From positions 1 through 64,000 of the forward strand of contig JASGJN010000021.1 in assembly GCA_049840735.1 (NCBI GenBank): DNA of 64,000 bases, given 5' to 3'. The notes under the pieces were generated by a model. The model saw only the letters and a list, made by a program, of their open reading frames with translations, searched no databases and was not told the DNA's origin. The translations under genes were made by a program, and so were the position numbers. This document shows positions 1-9,729 of the stretch, piece after piece (position 1 is the stretch's first letter; each line of letters begins with the position of its first letter). The stretch is from Anaeromyxobacter sp. (GTDB lineage: Bacteria; Myxococcota; Myxococcia; Myxococcales; Anaeromyxobacteraceae).

Positions 1-1
1 C

Positions 2-637
2 AAGGACGAGCAGAAGCTGACCGAGGACCGGCAGAAGCTGCAGCACGAGCAGCAGCAGGCCTCGGCGTCCACGCAGGGCGCGCAGCAGGAGACGCAGCAG
101 GCCACGTCCGCCGGGCAGTCGGCCCAGCAGGCGCGCGAGCAGCAGTCGCAGCAGGTGACGCAGCAGGAGCAGGCGCAGGCCGCGCAGCAGTCCGAGCAGC
201 AGAAGCAGGGCGCGCAGGCCGCGGCCCAGTCGGCCGATCAGCTGCCGTCGAAGCAGAAGACGGTGGACGGGACCGTGGTCCGCGCCAGCGCGCAGGAGCT
301 GGTGCTGCGGCAGGGCGGCGGGCAGCCCGACCTCCGGCTCGGCGTCGGCCCCGACACGCAGGTGAGCGGCGGCAACGCCAGCTCGGCCGCGGACCTGAAG
401 GAAGGCACGCAGGTGCGCGCCTCCTACGACGAGAAGGGCGGGCAGCCGCAGGCCATCAAGATCGAGGCGCAGGGGATGGGGTCGACCGGCGGCAGCAGCA
501 CCGGCGCGTCGTCCACCGGGACCGGCAGCAGCAGCGCCGGCGCCACCAGCGGCAGCGCGAGCGACGCCGAGCAGCAGCCGTCGCCGGGGACGCCGGGGTC
601 GTCGCAGTCCGCGCCGAACGGCGGGCGGACGCAGTAG
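2..637 (+). CDS. 5'-truncated Gln-rich protein with a C-terminal OB-fold-like (DUF5666-like) domain and Gly/Ser tail
   Basis: Frame is open from base 2 (KDEQKLTEDRQKLQHEQQQ...) to TAG 635-637. TVDGTVVRAS...DLKEGTQVRASY...AIKIE resembles DUF5666-type domains. Confidence 0.6.
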   Translation, partial: KDEQKLTEDRQKLQHEQQQASASTQGAQQETQQATSAGQSAQQAREQQSQQVTQQEQAQAAQQSEQQKQGAQAAAQSADQLPSKQKTVDGTVVRASAQELVLRQGGGQPDLRLGVGPDTQVSGGNASSAADLKEGTQVRASYDEKGGQPQAIKIEAQGMGSTGGSSTGASSTGTGSSSAGATSGSASDAEQQPSPGTPGSSQSAPNGGRTQ

Positions 638-686
638 CCGGACCCAGAGGTCCGCGGCGCGGACCCCGGTACGCGCCGCGGACCCT
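634..686 (+). repeat. Left REP-like element of the RAYT (GTAG plus palindrome, with an inverted partner)
   Basis: GTAG 634-637, then GACCCAGAGGTCCGCGGCGCGG 641-662 with the palindrome GGTCCGCG-G-CGCGGACC at 649-665. An inverted partial copy CGCGCCGCGGACC lies at 672-684. Confidence 0.75.
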
Positions 687-725
687 CGCCGGCGGGCAGA
701 TGTCCCGCTGGCGTGAGCTTCGCGC

Positions 726-740
726 TGGCACGCGGGCTGC
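726..740 (+). promoter_or_regulatory. Candidate sigma-54 (-24/-12) promoter for the RAYT gene
   Basis: TGGCAC-GCGGG-CTGC with exact GG-N10-GC spacing, 13 nt upstream of GTG 754. Confidence 0.5.
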
Positions 741-753
741 GATGCCGGCCGGC

Positions 754-1647
754 GTGACCGCTCCTCGACGCATCGTGCCCGGCACCTCGTACCTCGCCTC
801 CCGTCGCTGCTCGCAGCGGGAGTTCCTCCTCAAGCCGTCCAAGCTGACGAACCTCGTCATCCGGTTCGTCCTCGCCGTGGCGGCGGCCCGCTACGGCATC
901 CTCATCCACGCGGTCTGCGTGATGAGCAACCACCTGCACCTGGTCCTCACCGACCCCCTCGGCAACCTGCCCGAGTTCAGCCACCTCTTCTTCGGCGTCG
1001 TCGCCAAGGCGCTCAACGCGCTCCACGGCCGCTGGGAGAACTTCTGGGCGCCGGACAGCTACAGCGCCGTCGAGCTGGTCTCACCCGACGACATCGTCGA
1101 GAAGACCGCGTACACGCTCGCGAACCCGGCGGCAGCCGACCTGGTCGAGCACGGCCGCCAGTGGCCGGGCGTCTGGACCGCCCCGCACGACATCGGCGGG
1201 CCTGCGCAGGCGGTGAAGCGCCCCGGCCACTACTTCGTCGAGGACGGCGCCATGCCGAAGCGCGCGGAGCTGGTGTTCACGGTGCCGAAGGGGTTCGCGT
1301 CCGCAGAGGAGTTCCGGGCGCGTGTCACGGCCCGCGTGAAGGAGCTCGAGCAGGCCGCGGCCGAGAAGCGGGAGAAGGCCGGCAAGCGCGTGCTGGGCGC
1401 CCACCGCGTGATGAAGCAGAAGCCCACCGACCGGCCCACCACCGGCGAGCCGCGGCGTCGCCTCAACCCCCGCGTCGCCGCAATGGACAAGTGGAAGCGG
1501 ATCGAGGCGCTGCAGCGGCTGAAGTCATTCCTCGAGGCCCACCGCGAGGCGCTGCTGCGGTTCTGCGGCGGCGACCGCGCCGCGGTCTTCCCGCGCGGCA
1601 CCTACCTGATGCGCGTGCGGTTCGGGGTCACCTGCGCGAGCGGCTGA
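754..1647 (+). mobile_element. REP-associated tyrosine transposase (RAYT, Y1 HUH family)
   Basis: HUH motif VMSNHLHLVL, N-terminal YLASRRCSQREFLL, FWAPDSYSAV and catalytic Tyr in AYTLANP. Flanked by inverted REP-like repeats. Start is 742 (ATG) or 754 (GTG). Confidence 0.85.
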
Positions 1648-1860
1648 CCGCTTGCCGGACCCAGCTTGATCGATCGCCCACGCCGACAGCTCGGCGGTGG
1701 CCCTCGCACGCCCGGCGTGCGCCTCGCATGCCGCGTCACCTGCACACTCGCTGGCCGCGGACCTCCCACGTCTCGCCGGCAGGCCTGACTCGCCCCGATC
1801 GCCGGCAGTGGATGGAGCGAGCGCCCTCTGCGGGGTCCTTCCGGCCGAAGTCCGGACCGG

Positions 1861-1890
1861 CCGCGCCGCGGACCTCTGGGTCGGGCCTAG
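1861..1890 (-). repeat. Right REP-like element of the RAYT
   Basis: 1861-1882 is the exact 22-bp reverse complement of 641-662. The minus strand reads CTAGGCCCGACCCAGAGG..., versus GTAGCCGGACCCAGAGG... on the left. Confidence 0.8.
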
Positions 1891-3815
1891 CGGGCCGAGG
1901 GGCCGCGCCGCGGCTTGCCGGGGCGGCCTGGACCGCGCCGCGCGGGGCGCATGTCCGGGCCCATCCGCTCGCCGGGCGCGAGCCGCCCGGTCTTGCGCAG
2001 CGCCTTCTCGATCAGCGGCCGGTTGGCCGGGTCGCCCCAGCGGAGCAGCGCCTTCTGCATGCGCTTCTCCTCCATGTCGCGCGTGACGTGGACGGGCTTG
2101 CCGGTCGACGGGTGGTAGCCGGACCAGAACATGTCCGACGCCAGCGTCATGGGCGTGGGCATGAAGTCCTGCACCTGCTGCGGCTTCCAGCGGTTGCGCT
2201 GCAGGTACTCCATCAGCTGCACGGCCTCCTCCAGCGAGGCGCCGGGGTGCGAGCTGATGAAGTACGGCACGAGGTACTGCTCCTTGCCGGCCTCGCGCGT
2301 GTACTTCTCGAAGTCCTTCCGGAAGCGCTCGAAGGAGTCCACCTTCGGCTTCTTCATCACCTGCAGCACCGGCTCGCAGACGTGCTCGGGCGCGACCTTG
2401 AGCTGCCCGGACACGTGGTGCGCCACCAGCGTCTTGAGGTACCGCGCGCCGTTCTTCTCGTCGGCCTGCGCCAGGTCGTAGCGCACGCCGGAGCCGACGA
2501 AGAGGTGCTTGATCTTCGGGATGGCGCGGGCCTGCTCGTAGAGCTCGACCAGCGGGCCGTGGTCCACCTTGAAGAACTGGCAGATGGTCGGGTAGATGCA
2601 CGACGCGCGGCGGCAGAGCTTGTGCGCCTCGGCGTCGGTGCACTCCATCCCCCACATGTTGGCGGTGGCGCCGCCCACGTCGGAGATGGTGCCGCGGAAG
2701 TTCTCCTTGCTGGCCAGGATGGCCAGCTCGCGCAGCACGCTCTCCTTCGAGCGGCTGGCGATGTCGCGCCCCTGGTGCTCGGTGATGCAGCAGAACGAGC
2801 AGCCCGCCGCGCAGCCGCGCAGGATCTGGACCGACCAGCGGATCTGCTCCAGCGCCGGGATGTGCGCGCCGCCGTAGACCGGGTGGGCCTCGCGCACGTA
2901 GGGCAGCTCGGCGATCCGGTCCAGCTCGGCCGTGTCCGGCGAGGGCATGGGCGGGTTGACCACCACGTACCGCGCCTTCTCCCCGCGGCCGTGGCGCTGC
3001 ACCAGGATGCGGGCGTTCTCGCCGTTGTGCTCGAGGTGGTACATCCGGCTGAACTCGGCGAACCGCTTCTTGTCGACGACAATCTCCTCGAACGCCGGCA
3101 GCTCCAGCACCTTCCGGTCGCGCCCCTCCAGCATGGCGATGGCCAGGTCCGGCACCGCCAGCGCCGTGCCCGGCACGTCGGTCAGGCCGCAGATGTCCTC
3201 GCCCGAGGCCAGCCGGCGCGCAATCTCGAGGATGGGCTTCTCGCCCTGCCCGTAGACCAGCAGGTCGGCGCCGGACGGGATCGGCACGGAGGGCATGACC
3301 CGGTCGTCCCAGTAGTCGTAGTGCGCGATCCGCCGGAGCGAGGCCTCGATGCCGCCGATCACCAGCGGCACGGTGGGGCCGAACGCCTCGCGGGCCAGCC
3401 GCGTGTAGACCGTGGTGGCGCGATCCGGCCGCCGCCCGGCCTCCGCCCCCGGCGTGTAGGCGTCGTCCGACCGCCGGCGCTTGTGTGCGGTGTAGTGGTT
3501 CACCATCGAGTCCATTGCACCCGAGGTGATCCCCACCAGCAGCCGCGGCCTGCCCATGCGGGCGATATCGGCAGGCGAGCGGAAGTCCGGCTGCGCGATC
3601 ACCCCCACGCGATATCCCGCCGCCTCCAGCACCCGCCCGATCACCGCGCCGCCGAAGCTGGGGTGGTCCACGTAGGCGTCGCCCGTGACGATCAGCACGT
3701 CCAGCTCGGTCCAGCCGCGGGCCGCCATCTCCCGGGCGTTGGTCGGGAGGAAGTCCGCCGCCGCCGGGGGAGGCGGGCGCTTCCTGGTCTGCTGGACGAC
3801 GGGCAGGGACGGCAT
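1887..3815 (-). CDS. ygiQ: YgiQ/UPF0313 family radical SAM protein
   Basis: N-terminal DVLIVTGDAYVDHPSFG, GIEASLRRIAHYDYW, the CxxxCxxC motif CAAGCSFC, VAPEH, and QVQDFMPTPMT. Confidence 0.92.
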   Translation of the reverse strand: MPSLPVVQQTRKRPPPPAAADFLPTNAREMAARGWTELDVLIVTGDAYVDHPSFGGAVIGRVLEAAGYRVGVIAQPDFRSPADIARMGRPRLLVGITSGAMDSMVNHYTAHKRRRSDDAYTPGAEAGRRPDRATTVYTRLAREAFGPTVPLVIGGIEASLRRIAHYDYWDDRVMPSVPIPSGADLLVYGQGEKPILEIARRLASGEDICGLTDVPGTALAVPDLAIAMLEGRDRKVLELPAFEEIVVDKKRFAEFSRMYHLEHNGENARILVQRHGRGEKARYVVVNPPMPSPDTAELDRIAELPYVREAHPVYGGAHIPALEQIRWSVQILRGCAAGCSFCCITEHQGRDIASRSKESVLRELAILASKENFRGTISDVGGATANMWGMECTDAEAHKLCRRASCIYPTICQFFKVDHGPLVELYEQARAIPKIKHLFVGSGVRYDLAQADEKNGARYLKTLVAHHVSGQLKVAPEHVCEPVLQVMKKPKVDSFERFRKDFEKYTREAGKEQYLVPYFISSHPGASLEEAVQLMEYLQRNRWKPQQVQDFMPTPMTLASDMFWSGYHPSTGKPVHVTRDMEEKRMQKALLRWGDPANRPLIEKALRKTGRLAPGERMGPDMRPARRGPGRPGKPRRGPSAR

Positions 3816-3944
3816 CGGGCGGTATAGATGGCCGCCGCCGCTCCGGAAATCAAGGTGGGGTCACCTTTGTGCGGGCGAGGGGCCGGGGTATCATCTAGCC
3901 CCCCGGAGCGCCGACGGCCTTCCGCCGTCCGCCGGACCGTTCAC

Positions 3945-6900
3945 ATGCCCGATCCGCGCAGCGTCATGAAGGAGTTCCGCTTCCTGGACCAGAAGCGTGT
4001 GGCCCAGGGGCTCTCGCCCGACGAGGAGGCCCGGTTCGCCGAGCTGCGCGAGCTGGTAGGCGCCGCGCCGGCCTCCGGCGCGGGGCGTCCTGGCTTCGAC
4101 GTCAACGCTGCCGCCGCGCGGCTGCGCGACTCGCTCCTCCCGGCCGGGCTGCGCAACCGCCCACCGCCGCCGCCCGAGCCCGAGCCGGTGCCCGAGCCGC
4201 CCCCGGCGGAGGAGGCGCTGGCCGCCGCGTGGGAGGAGCAGCCGTTCCAGGAGCTGGAGCCCGCCGCCGCGCCGGCCGACGCGCTGTTCGATCCGGGCGC
4301 GCTGGCCGACGACGCCGAGCCCGCCGCCGAGGCGGCCGCGCCCGCGGTCTACTACTACGACCCGCGCACCGGCGCGTACTACGAGCCGGAGCGGGTGGCC
4401 TTCGACGAGGCCAGCGGCTGCTACTACAATCCGACCACCAGCTCCTGGTACGAGCCGGAGGCCATCGCCTGGCACGAGGCCGGCGCCGCGCAGGGTGGCG
4501 TCGCCGCCGAACCCGCCGCGGAGGAGCCCCCTGCAGAGGCCGCAGCCGCCGGCTGGAGCGCGGAGCCGCAGCCCGAGGCCGCCGGCGAGTGGGCCGCCCA
4601 GCCCGAGGCCGAGCCGACCGCCGAGGCGGGCGCGCTGGACGCCGGGGCCTTCGACCCCGGCGCGTTCCAGGCCGCCGAAGAGCACGTGGACCTCTCCTTC
4701 GCCGAGGAGGGCGCCGCGCCCGCCGCCGACCTCGAGGCCTTCGACTCCGAGGTGAGCGCCGAGCCGCCGCCGGCGCCGCTGGACGAGCAGGGCGCCGAGG
4801 CCTTCGCCGCGCCGGACCAGGCCCTGGCCTCCGAGCTGGATCAGGTCGGCGCCGAGCCGGGCGCCTGGAGCGCCGGCGTGGACGTGGACGGGCTGGGGCC
4901 CGACGCGCTCGCCGCCGCTGCCGCGCCGGGGGCCGAGGAGCCGGGGCCGACCGTGGACGGCGACGGCCTGGGCGCCGAGCTGGACGCGGCCGGAGAGCCG
5001 GCCACGCCCGAGGGCTGGGATTCCAGCCGCGGGCTGGCCGGAGGCGCAGCCGGCAGAGGCCGGGCTGGAGGCCGGCGCAGGCGAGGCCGCTGCCTGGGCC
5101 GAGCCGGATCCGGCCGCAGCCGGGGCCGACCCCGCCGATTCTGTCCGGCGAGCCGCTCGAGGTCGCGGCCGAGCCCGACCCGAGCTGGCACCCCGCGCCG
5201 GGCGGCACCTACGACGACGCCGCCTGGGACGCGGGCGAGGCGGCCGCGCCGCCCAGCCCCTTCGACGTCATCCACGCCACCCTCGCGCCCGGCGCGCCGC
5301 TCACCAGCCCGGAGCCGGCCGCGCCGGCGCAGGACTGGGGCGCGCTCGAGGCCGCCCCGGCGCCGGAGGCCGCGTTCGGCGCCTACGACGCCGACCCGGC
5401 GCAAGCCCCGGCCGACCTGGAGGGGCTGCTCCCGTTCGACCCCGCCGCCGAGGCCACCGTCGAGGCCGGCGCCATCCCGCCCGGCTTCGAGCCCGGCGTG
5501 GACGGCGAGGAGGCCCCCGCCTACGCCCCGCTGGACGGCTATGACGCCGAGCCGGAGGCCGCCGTGCCGAAGGCGTTCGCGGAGTCGGCCCCCGCGTACG
5601 AGCCCCCGGGCGACGCGCCCGCGGTGGAGACCGCGGCCGACATCGCCGCGCTGCTCCAGGCGCCGCCGCCCGAGGGCGGCTGGCAGCCGGACGCCGCCGT
5701 GGACAGCGGCTTCCACCTCGAGTCGGGCGGTTCCTTCGACGCCACCCACGACGCCGCCGCGCCGGACTGGGCGGGCGGGGCCACCGCCACGCCCTGGCAC
5801 GGCCAGGGCGCCCAGCCGCACGCCGGCTGGGAGACGCCGGCCGACGCGCAGGTCGCCTACGAGGGCGGCGATCTCGCCGCCGACGACCCCTACGCCGCCC
5901 CGGCCAGCGGCCCGGCGCCGGAGCTGGACTTCTCCGCGCCCGACTTCTCCGCCGGCCAGCCGGAGGAGGACGCGCCCTGGACGCCGGCCGCTCCGGCCGC
6001 CGGGCCCGAGCCCCAGCCGCTGGCCTACCAGGACGCGCCGCCCGGCCTCGACGCCGCCCCGCTCGATCTCGACGCGGCGCCGCTCGACGCCGAGCTGCCC
6101 CTCGCCGCGGGCGAGGCCTACGACCTGGCCGCCGCCGCCCCGTCGCACCCCGAGGTCACCGACAGCTTCGACATCTCGCTCGACGACGGCGCGCTGGAGC
6201 AGCCCGCGGCCGAGGCGCTGCCGCCGCTCGAGTTCGGCGCGCCGCTCGCCGAGCTCGCGCCGGAGGCGCCGCTGGAGCTGGGCGCCGAGCCCGCCGCAGA
6301 GGCCGTGAGCTGGGAGGCCCCCGCCGTGGAGGCCAGCGCGTACGACGCCGCCGCCTACGACGCCAGCACCTACCAGGATCCGTACGCGGCGCCGGCCGGG
6401 ATCCCCGCCGAGCCGCTGGTCGAGGGCGCCGAGCCCGCCTACGCACCCGAGGCTTACGCCGCCGAGGCTGCCTACGCTCCGGAGGCCGCTTTCGCCCCCG
6501 AGACCGCGTACGCCCCCGAGACCGCGTACGCCCCCGCCGCCGAGCCGGCCGCCGAGGAGCCCATCGCGGACATCGCCGCCGACTTCGAGGCCGAGGTCTA
6601 CGCCGCCGCTCAGGCGCAGCCAGCCTACGACGCTGGCCCCGCGCCGGAGGCCGCCTACGCCGCCGAGCCGGCCGCCGAGGCCGCGCCGGTCGAGGTGATC
6701 GAGGAGGAGATGCCCACGCTCGAGGGTGAGGAGATCCTCGAGGAGCTCCCGGTGGAGGAGGGAGCCGCGGCCGCCCTGCCGCTCGACGCGTTCGAGCCGC
6801 AGCAGGCCGCCCCCGCCTGGCAGCCGCCGCCCGAGCCCGCCGCGCCGGCCTGGCAGCCGCCACCGCCCGCCACCGCGCCGGTGCAGAGCGCCCAGCGCGC

Positions 6901-7342
6901 CTTCACCCCGCCGCCGGTCCCCACGCCGGCGCACCCGGCCCCCACCGAGCTGGACGACGCCGGCACCTGGGTGGCGGGCACGCACCGCGTGGTGGTCCAC
7001 ACCATGGAAGGCCAGGTGAAGCGCGGCCAGCTGGAGAACGCCGACCTGTCCGCCGCCAGCATCCAGCTCCTGCCGCAGCCTGGCGGCAGCGGCGCCGCCG
7101 AGGAGATCGGCGTGGGCGACGTGAAGGCCATCTTCTTCATGCTGGCGCCGGGGGAGTCGGCGCCGCCGCCCATCGGGAAGCGGGTGCGCGTCACCTTCCG
7201 CGACGGCCGCCAGGTGGCCGGGTTCAGCCCGGACTATCGCGAGGGCGCCATCGGGTTCTTCATGATCCCGGCGGACGCCCGGACCAGCACCGGCAAGATT
7301 CGGGTCTACCAGACCGCCGTGCGCGCGGTGGCGGTGAGCTGA
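3945..7342 (+). CDS. Large acidic Pro/Ala/Glu-rich disordered protein with a C-terminal DUF6982-like domain (FrgA-like); two apparent 1-nt insertions
   Basis: ATG 3945 (MPDPRSVMKEFRFLDQKR). Removing one T at each of GATTC 5019 and GATTC 5137 gives one continuous frame ending in RVVVHTMEGQVKRG...KAIFFML...RVRVTFRDGRQVAG. Confidence 0.75.
6433..6537 (+). repeat. Coding tandem repeat, about 6-aa unit (AYAPE[A/T])
   Basis: GCCCCCGAGACCGCGTAC occurs twice exactly, with degenerate neighbours. It translates as PAYAPEAYAAEAAYAPEAAFAPETAYAPETAYAP. Confidence 0.7.
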
Positions 7343-7397
7343 GGGGCGAACCGGGGCCGGGGGTGGGGGCAACGCGGGGACGCAAGTCCCCGCTCGA

Positions 7398-8171
7398 TCA
7401 GTTCATCCAGCGCGGCGGCCCCTCCTGCCCGTTCTTCTTCACCACCTTCAGGTGGCGCGAGCGCCGCTTGAAGGACTGCTCCGACCACCACTCGCGCAGC
7501 CCGCCGGTCCAGCGCCGGAGGGGCAGCCGCAGCCGGCCGCCGGCGTACGCCCAGGCGATGCCCAGCGCCGCGAAGTGGACGGTGAAGACGAACAGGCCGC
7601 CCAGCCCGCCGGCGAAGAGCCCCCACAGCACCGTCCCGAAGACGATCAGGTAGCCGAGCATCCGCCCGTTCATCGGGAGCGCCCCGAAGAACAGGCTCAC
7701 CGGCTGGTCCGGGAAGCGCATCGACCAGATCAGGATCAACGCGTTGACCACCGGCCACATGCCCAGGTGCGGGACGTTGGCCGGGACGACCAGCTGGGCC
7801 ACCAGGCAGGTGACCACCGCCGAGCCCGCCGTCAGCCACAGGAACACGGAGAGGAACCGCCGCTCCCCCATGGTGAAGAGCAGCTGGCTGCCGAAGCTCC
7901 ACAGCGCCAGGCCGCCGAAGAAGAGCGTGAGCGGGTGGTCCTGCACGAACACCCAGGAGACCAGCCGCCACAGCTCCAGCCCCGGGTAGACGGCCGGCGG
8001 GTTGAGGGACGCCTCGCCGCCCACCCGCAGCAACCAGCCCAGCACGCTCAGCCCCAGCATCAGGACCAGCAGCAGCCCGATGGACTGGGGCACGCGGCCG
8101 CCGAAGGTCAGCATGCGGCCCAGATCGGTGGTCCGGCGCGAGCGGCGATAGGCCAAGGCACTCCTCCTCAT
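7398..8171 (-). CDS. Rhomboid-superfamily membrane protein
   Basis: ELWRLVSWVFVQ loop motif, several TM segments and a His in VHFAALG. The GxSG serine is not evident (HLGMW). Start is 8171 or 8114. Confidence 0.75.
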   Translation of the reverse strand: MRRSALAYRRSRRTTDLGRMLTFGGRVPQSIGLLLVLMLGLSVLGWLLRVGGEASLNPPAVYPGLELWRLVSWVFVQDHPLTLFFGGLALWSFGSQLLFTMGERRFLSVFLWLTAGSAVVTCLVAQLVVPANVPHLGMWPVVNALILIWSMRFPDQPVSLFFGALPMNGRMLGYLIVFGTVLWGLFAGGLGGLFVFTVHFAALGIAWAYAGGRLRLPLRRWTGGLREWWSEQSFKRRSRHLKVVKKNGQEGPPRWMN

Positions 8172-8223
8172 GGGCGGGGAACCGGAGACGCTAGCGCCGG
8201 TCCGCCGCCCCGGCAAGCGTGGT

Positions 8224-9420
8224 TCAGGGCTTCTCGATGATGACCGCCACGCCCTGCCCGCCGCCGATGCAGGCCGAGCCGATGGCCGCCTTGCCGCCGC
8301 GCCGGCGCAGCTCGTACACCAGGTGCGCGGTGATGCGGGCGCCGGAGGCGGCCAGCGGGTGGCCCAGCGCGATGGCGCCGCCGTCCACGTTGGTCTTCTC
8401 GCGGTCCAGCCCCAGCACCTTCTCCACCGCCAGGTACTGCGGCGCGAAGGCCTCGTTCACCTCCACCAGGTCCAGCTCCGCCAGCGTGGCGCCGGCGCGC
8501 GCCAGGGCGTTCCGCACCGCCGGCACCGGCCCGATGCCCATGATGGTGGGATCCACCCCGGCGTGCCCCCAGTTCACCAGCCGTGCGAGCGGCGCCAGCC
8601 CCTTCCGCTCGGCGTAGGCGCGGCTGGCCACCACCAGCACCGCCGCGCCGTCGGCCACGCCGCTGGCGGCGCCGGCGTGGATCACGCCGTCGGCCTTGAA
8701 CACCTTGGGCAGCTTTCTGAGGCTCTCGACGGTGGTGTCCGGGCGCGGGTGCTCGTCCCGCGCGAACGCCACCGGCCCCTTCCTCGACTTGAGCTCGATG
8801 GGCGCGATCTCCTCGCGGAAGCGCCCGGCCTCCTCGGCGGCGGCCCAGCGCCGCTGCGAGCCGACCGCGTACTCGTCCACCGCGGCCTGGCCGATTTCGT
8901 GCTGCTCGGCCAGCTTCTCGGCGGTGAGCGCCATGGGGATGCCGGCGTAGGCGTCCGTCAGCGCCGACCAGAGCATGTCCTCGGCCGGCGGCGGCTTGCC
9001 CAGGGGGAAGCCGAAGCGCGTGCCGCGGATCACCAGCGGCGCCTGGCTCATCGACTCGGTCCCGCCGGCCAGCACCAGCTCGGCCTGCCCGGTCTCGATC
9101 AGCATGGCCGCCTGGATGACGGCCTCGAAGCCGGAGCCGCAGAGCCGGTTCACCGTGAGCGCAGGGACGCCGATGGGCAGCCCGGCCTTGAGCCCCACGT
9201 GGCGCGACATGTAGATGGCGTCGCTGGAGGTCTGGGCCACGTTGCCCATGACCACGTGGCCGTAGTCCTCGAGCGGCGCGCCTGCCTGCGCCAGCGCGGC
9301 CTTGGCGGCGTGCACGCCCAGCTCGGTGGCCGACCAGTCCTTGAGGGCTCCGCCATAGGTCCCGAAGGGGGTTCGCTTCGCCGCGAGGATGACGATGTCC
9401 TGCCGACCAGCCCGGTTCAT
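8224..9420 (-). CDS. Acetyl-CoA C-acyltransferase (thiolase)
   Basis: RTPFG, NRLCGSG (active Cys), NEAF, GHPLAASG and SACIGGGQG. Confidence 0.95.
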   Translation of the reverse strand: MNRAGRQDIVILAAKRTPFGTYGGALKDWSATELGVHAAKAALAQAGAPLEDYGHVVMGNVAQTSSDAIYMSRHVGLKAGLPIGVPALTVNRLCGSGFEAVIQAAMLIETGQAELVLAGGTESMSQAPLVIRGTRFGFPLGKPPPAEDMLWSALTDAYAGIPMALTAEKLAEQHEIGQAAVDEYAVGSQRRWAAAEEAGRFREEIAPIELKSRKGPVAFARDEHPRPDTTVESLRKLPKVFKADGVIHAGAASGVADGAAVLVVASRAYAERKGLAPLARLVNWGHAGVDPTIMGIGPVPAVRNALARAGATLAELDLVEVNEAFAPQYLAVEKVLGLDREKTNVDGGAIALGHPLAASGARITAHLVYELRRRGGKAAIGSACIGGGQGVAVIIEKP

Positions 9421-9472
9421 TGAGGGACCCTCCGTGGCACGTGAGCCGCCGCCCGGCACCTGGTCGCCGGGA

Positions 9473-9664
9473 TCAGCGGGACATAATCGTCCTCAGCGTC
9501 GCTGTCAGGCCCGCCACGAGCACCGCCAGCGACAGCAGGAAGGTGATCACCGGGACCACGGGGAACGGCCGGTAACGCCGGGGTGCCGCCAGCGCACGCG
9601 TGGCGACCGGCCCGTGGCGGGTGATCATCATGACCGCGAGGATCGCGGCGAGGACGTCCAGCAC
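9473..9664 (-). CDS. Putative 63-aa small membrane protein
   Basis: GTG 9664 is preceded by TATCAT-N7. Two hydrophobic segments (LDVLAAILAVMMI and FPVVPVITFLLSLAVLVAGL). Confidence 0.45.
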   Translation of the reverse strand: MLDVLAAILAVMMITRHGPVATRALAAPRRYRPFPVVPVITFLLSLAVLVAGLTATLRTIMSR

Positions 9665-9729
9665 GCGCGGGATGATACGCCCGCTCCGGGCGGAGCGGTG
9701 GAGGACGGGCGGGGCGGGAGCTGCGGCCG

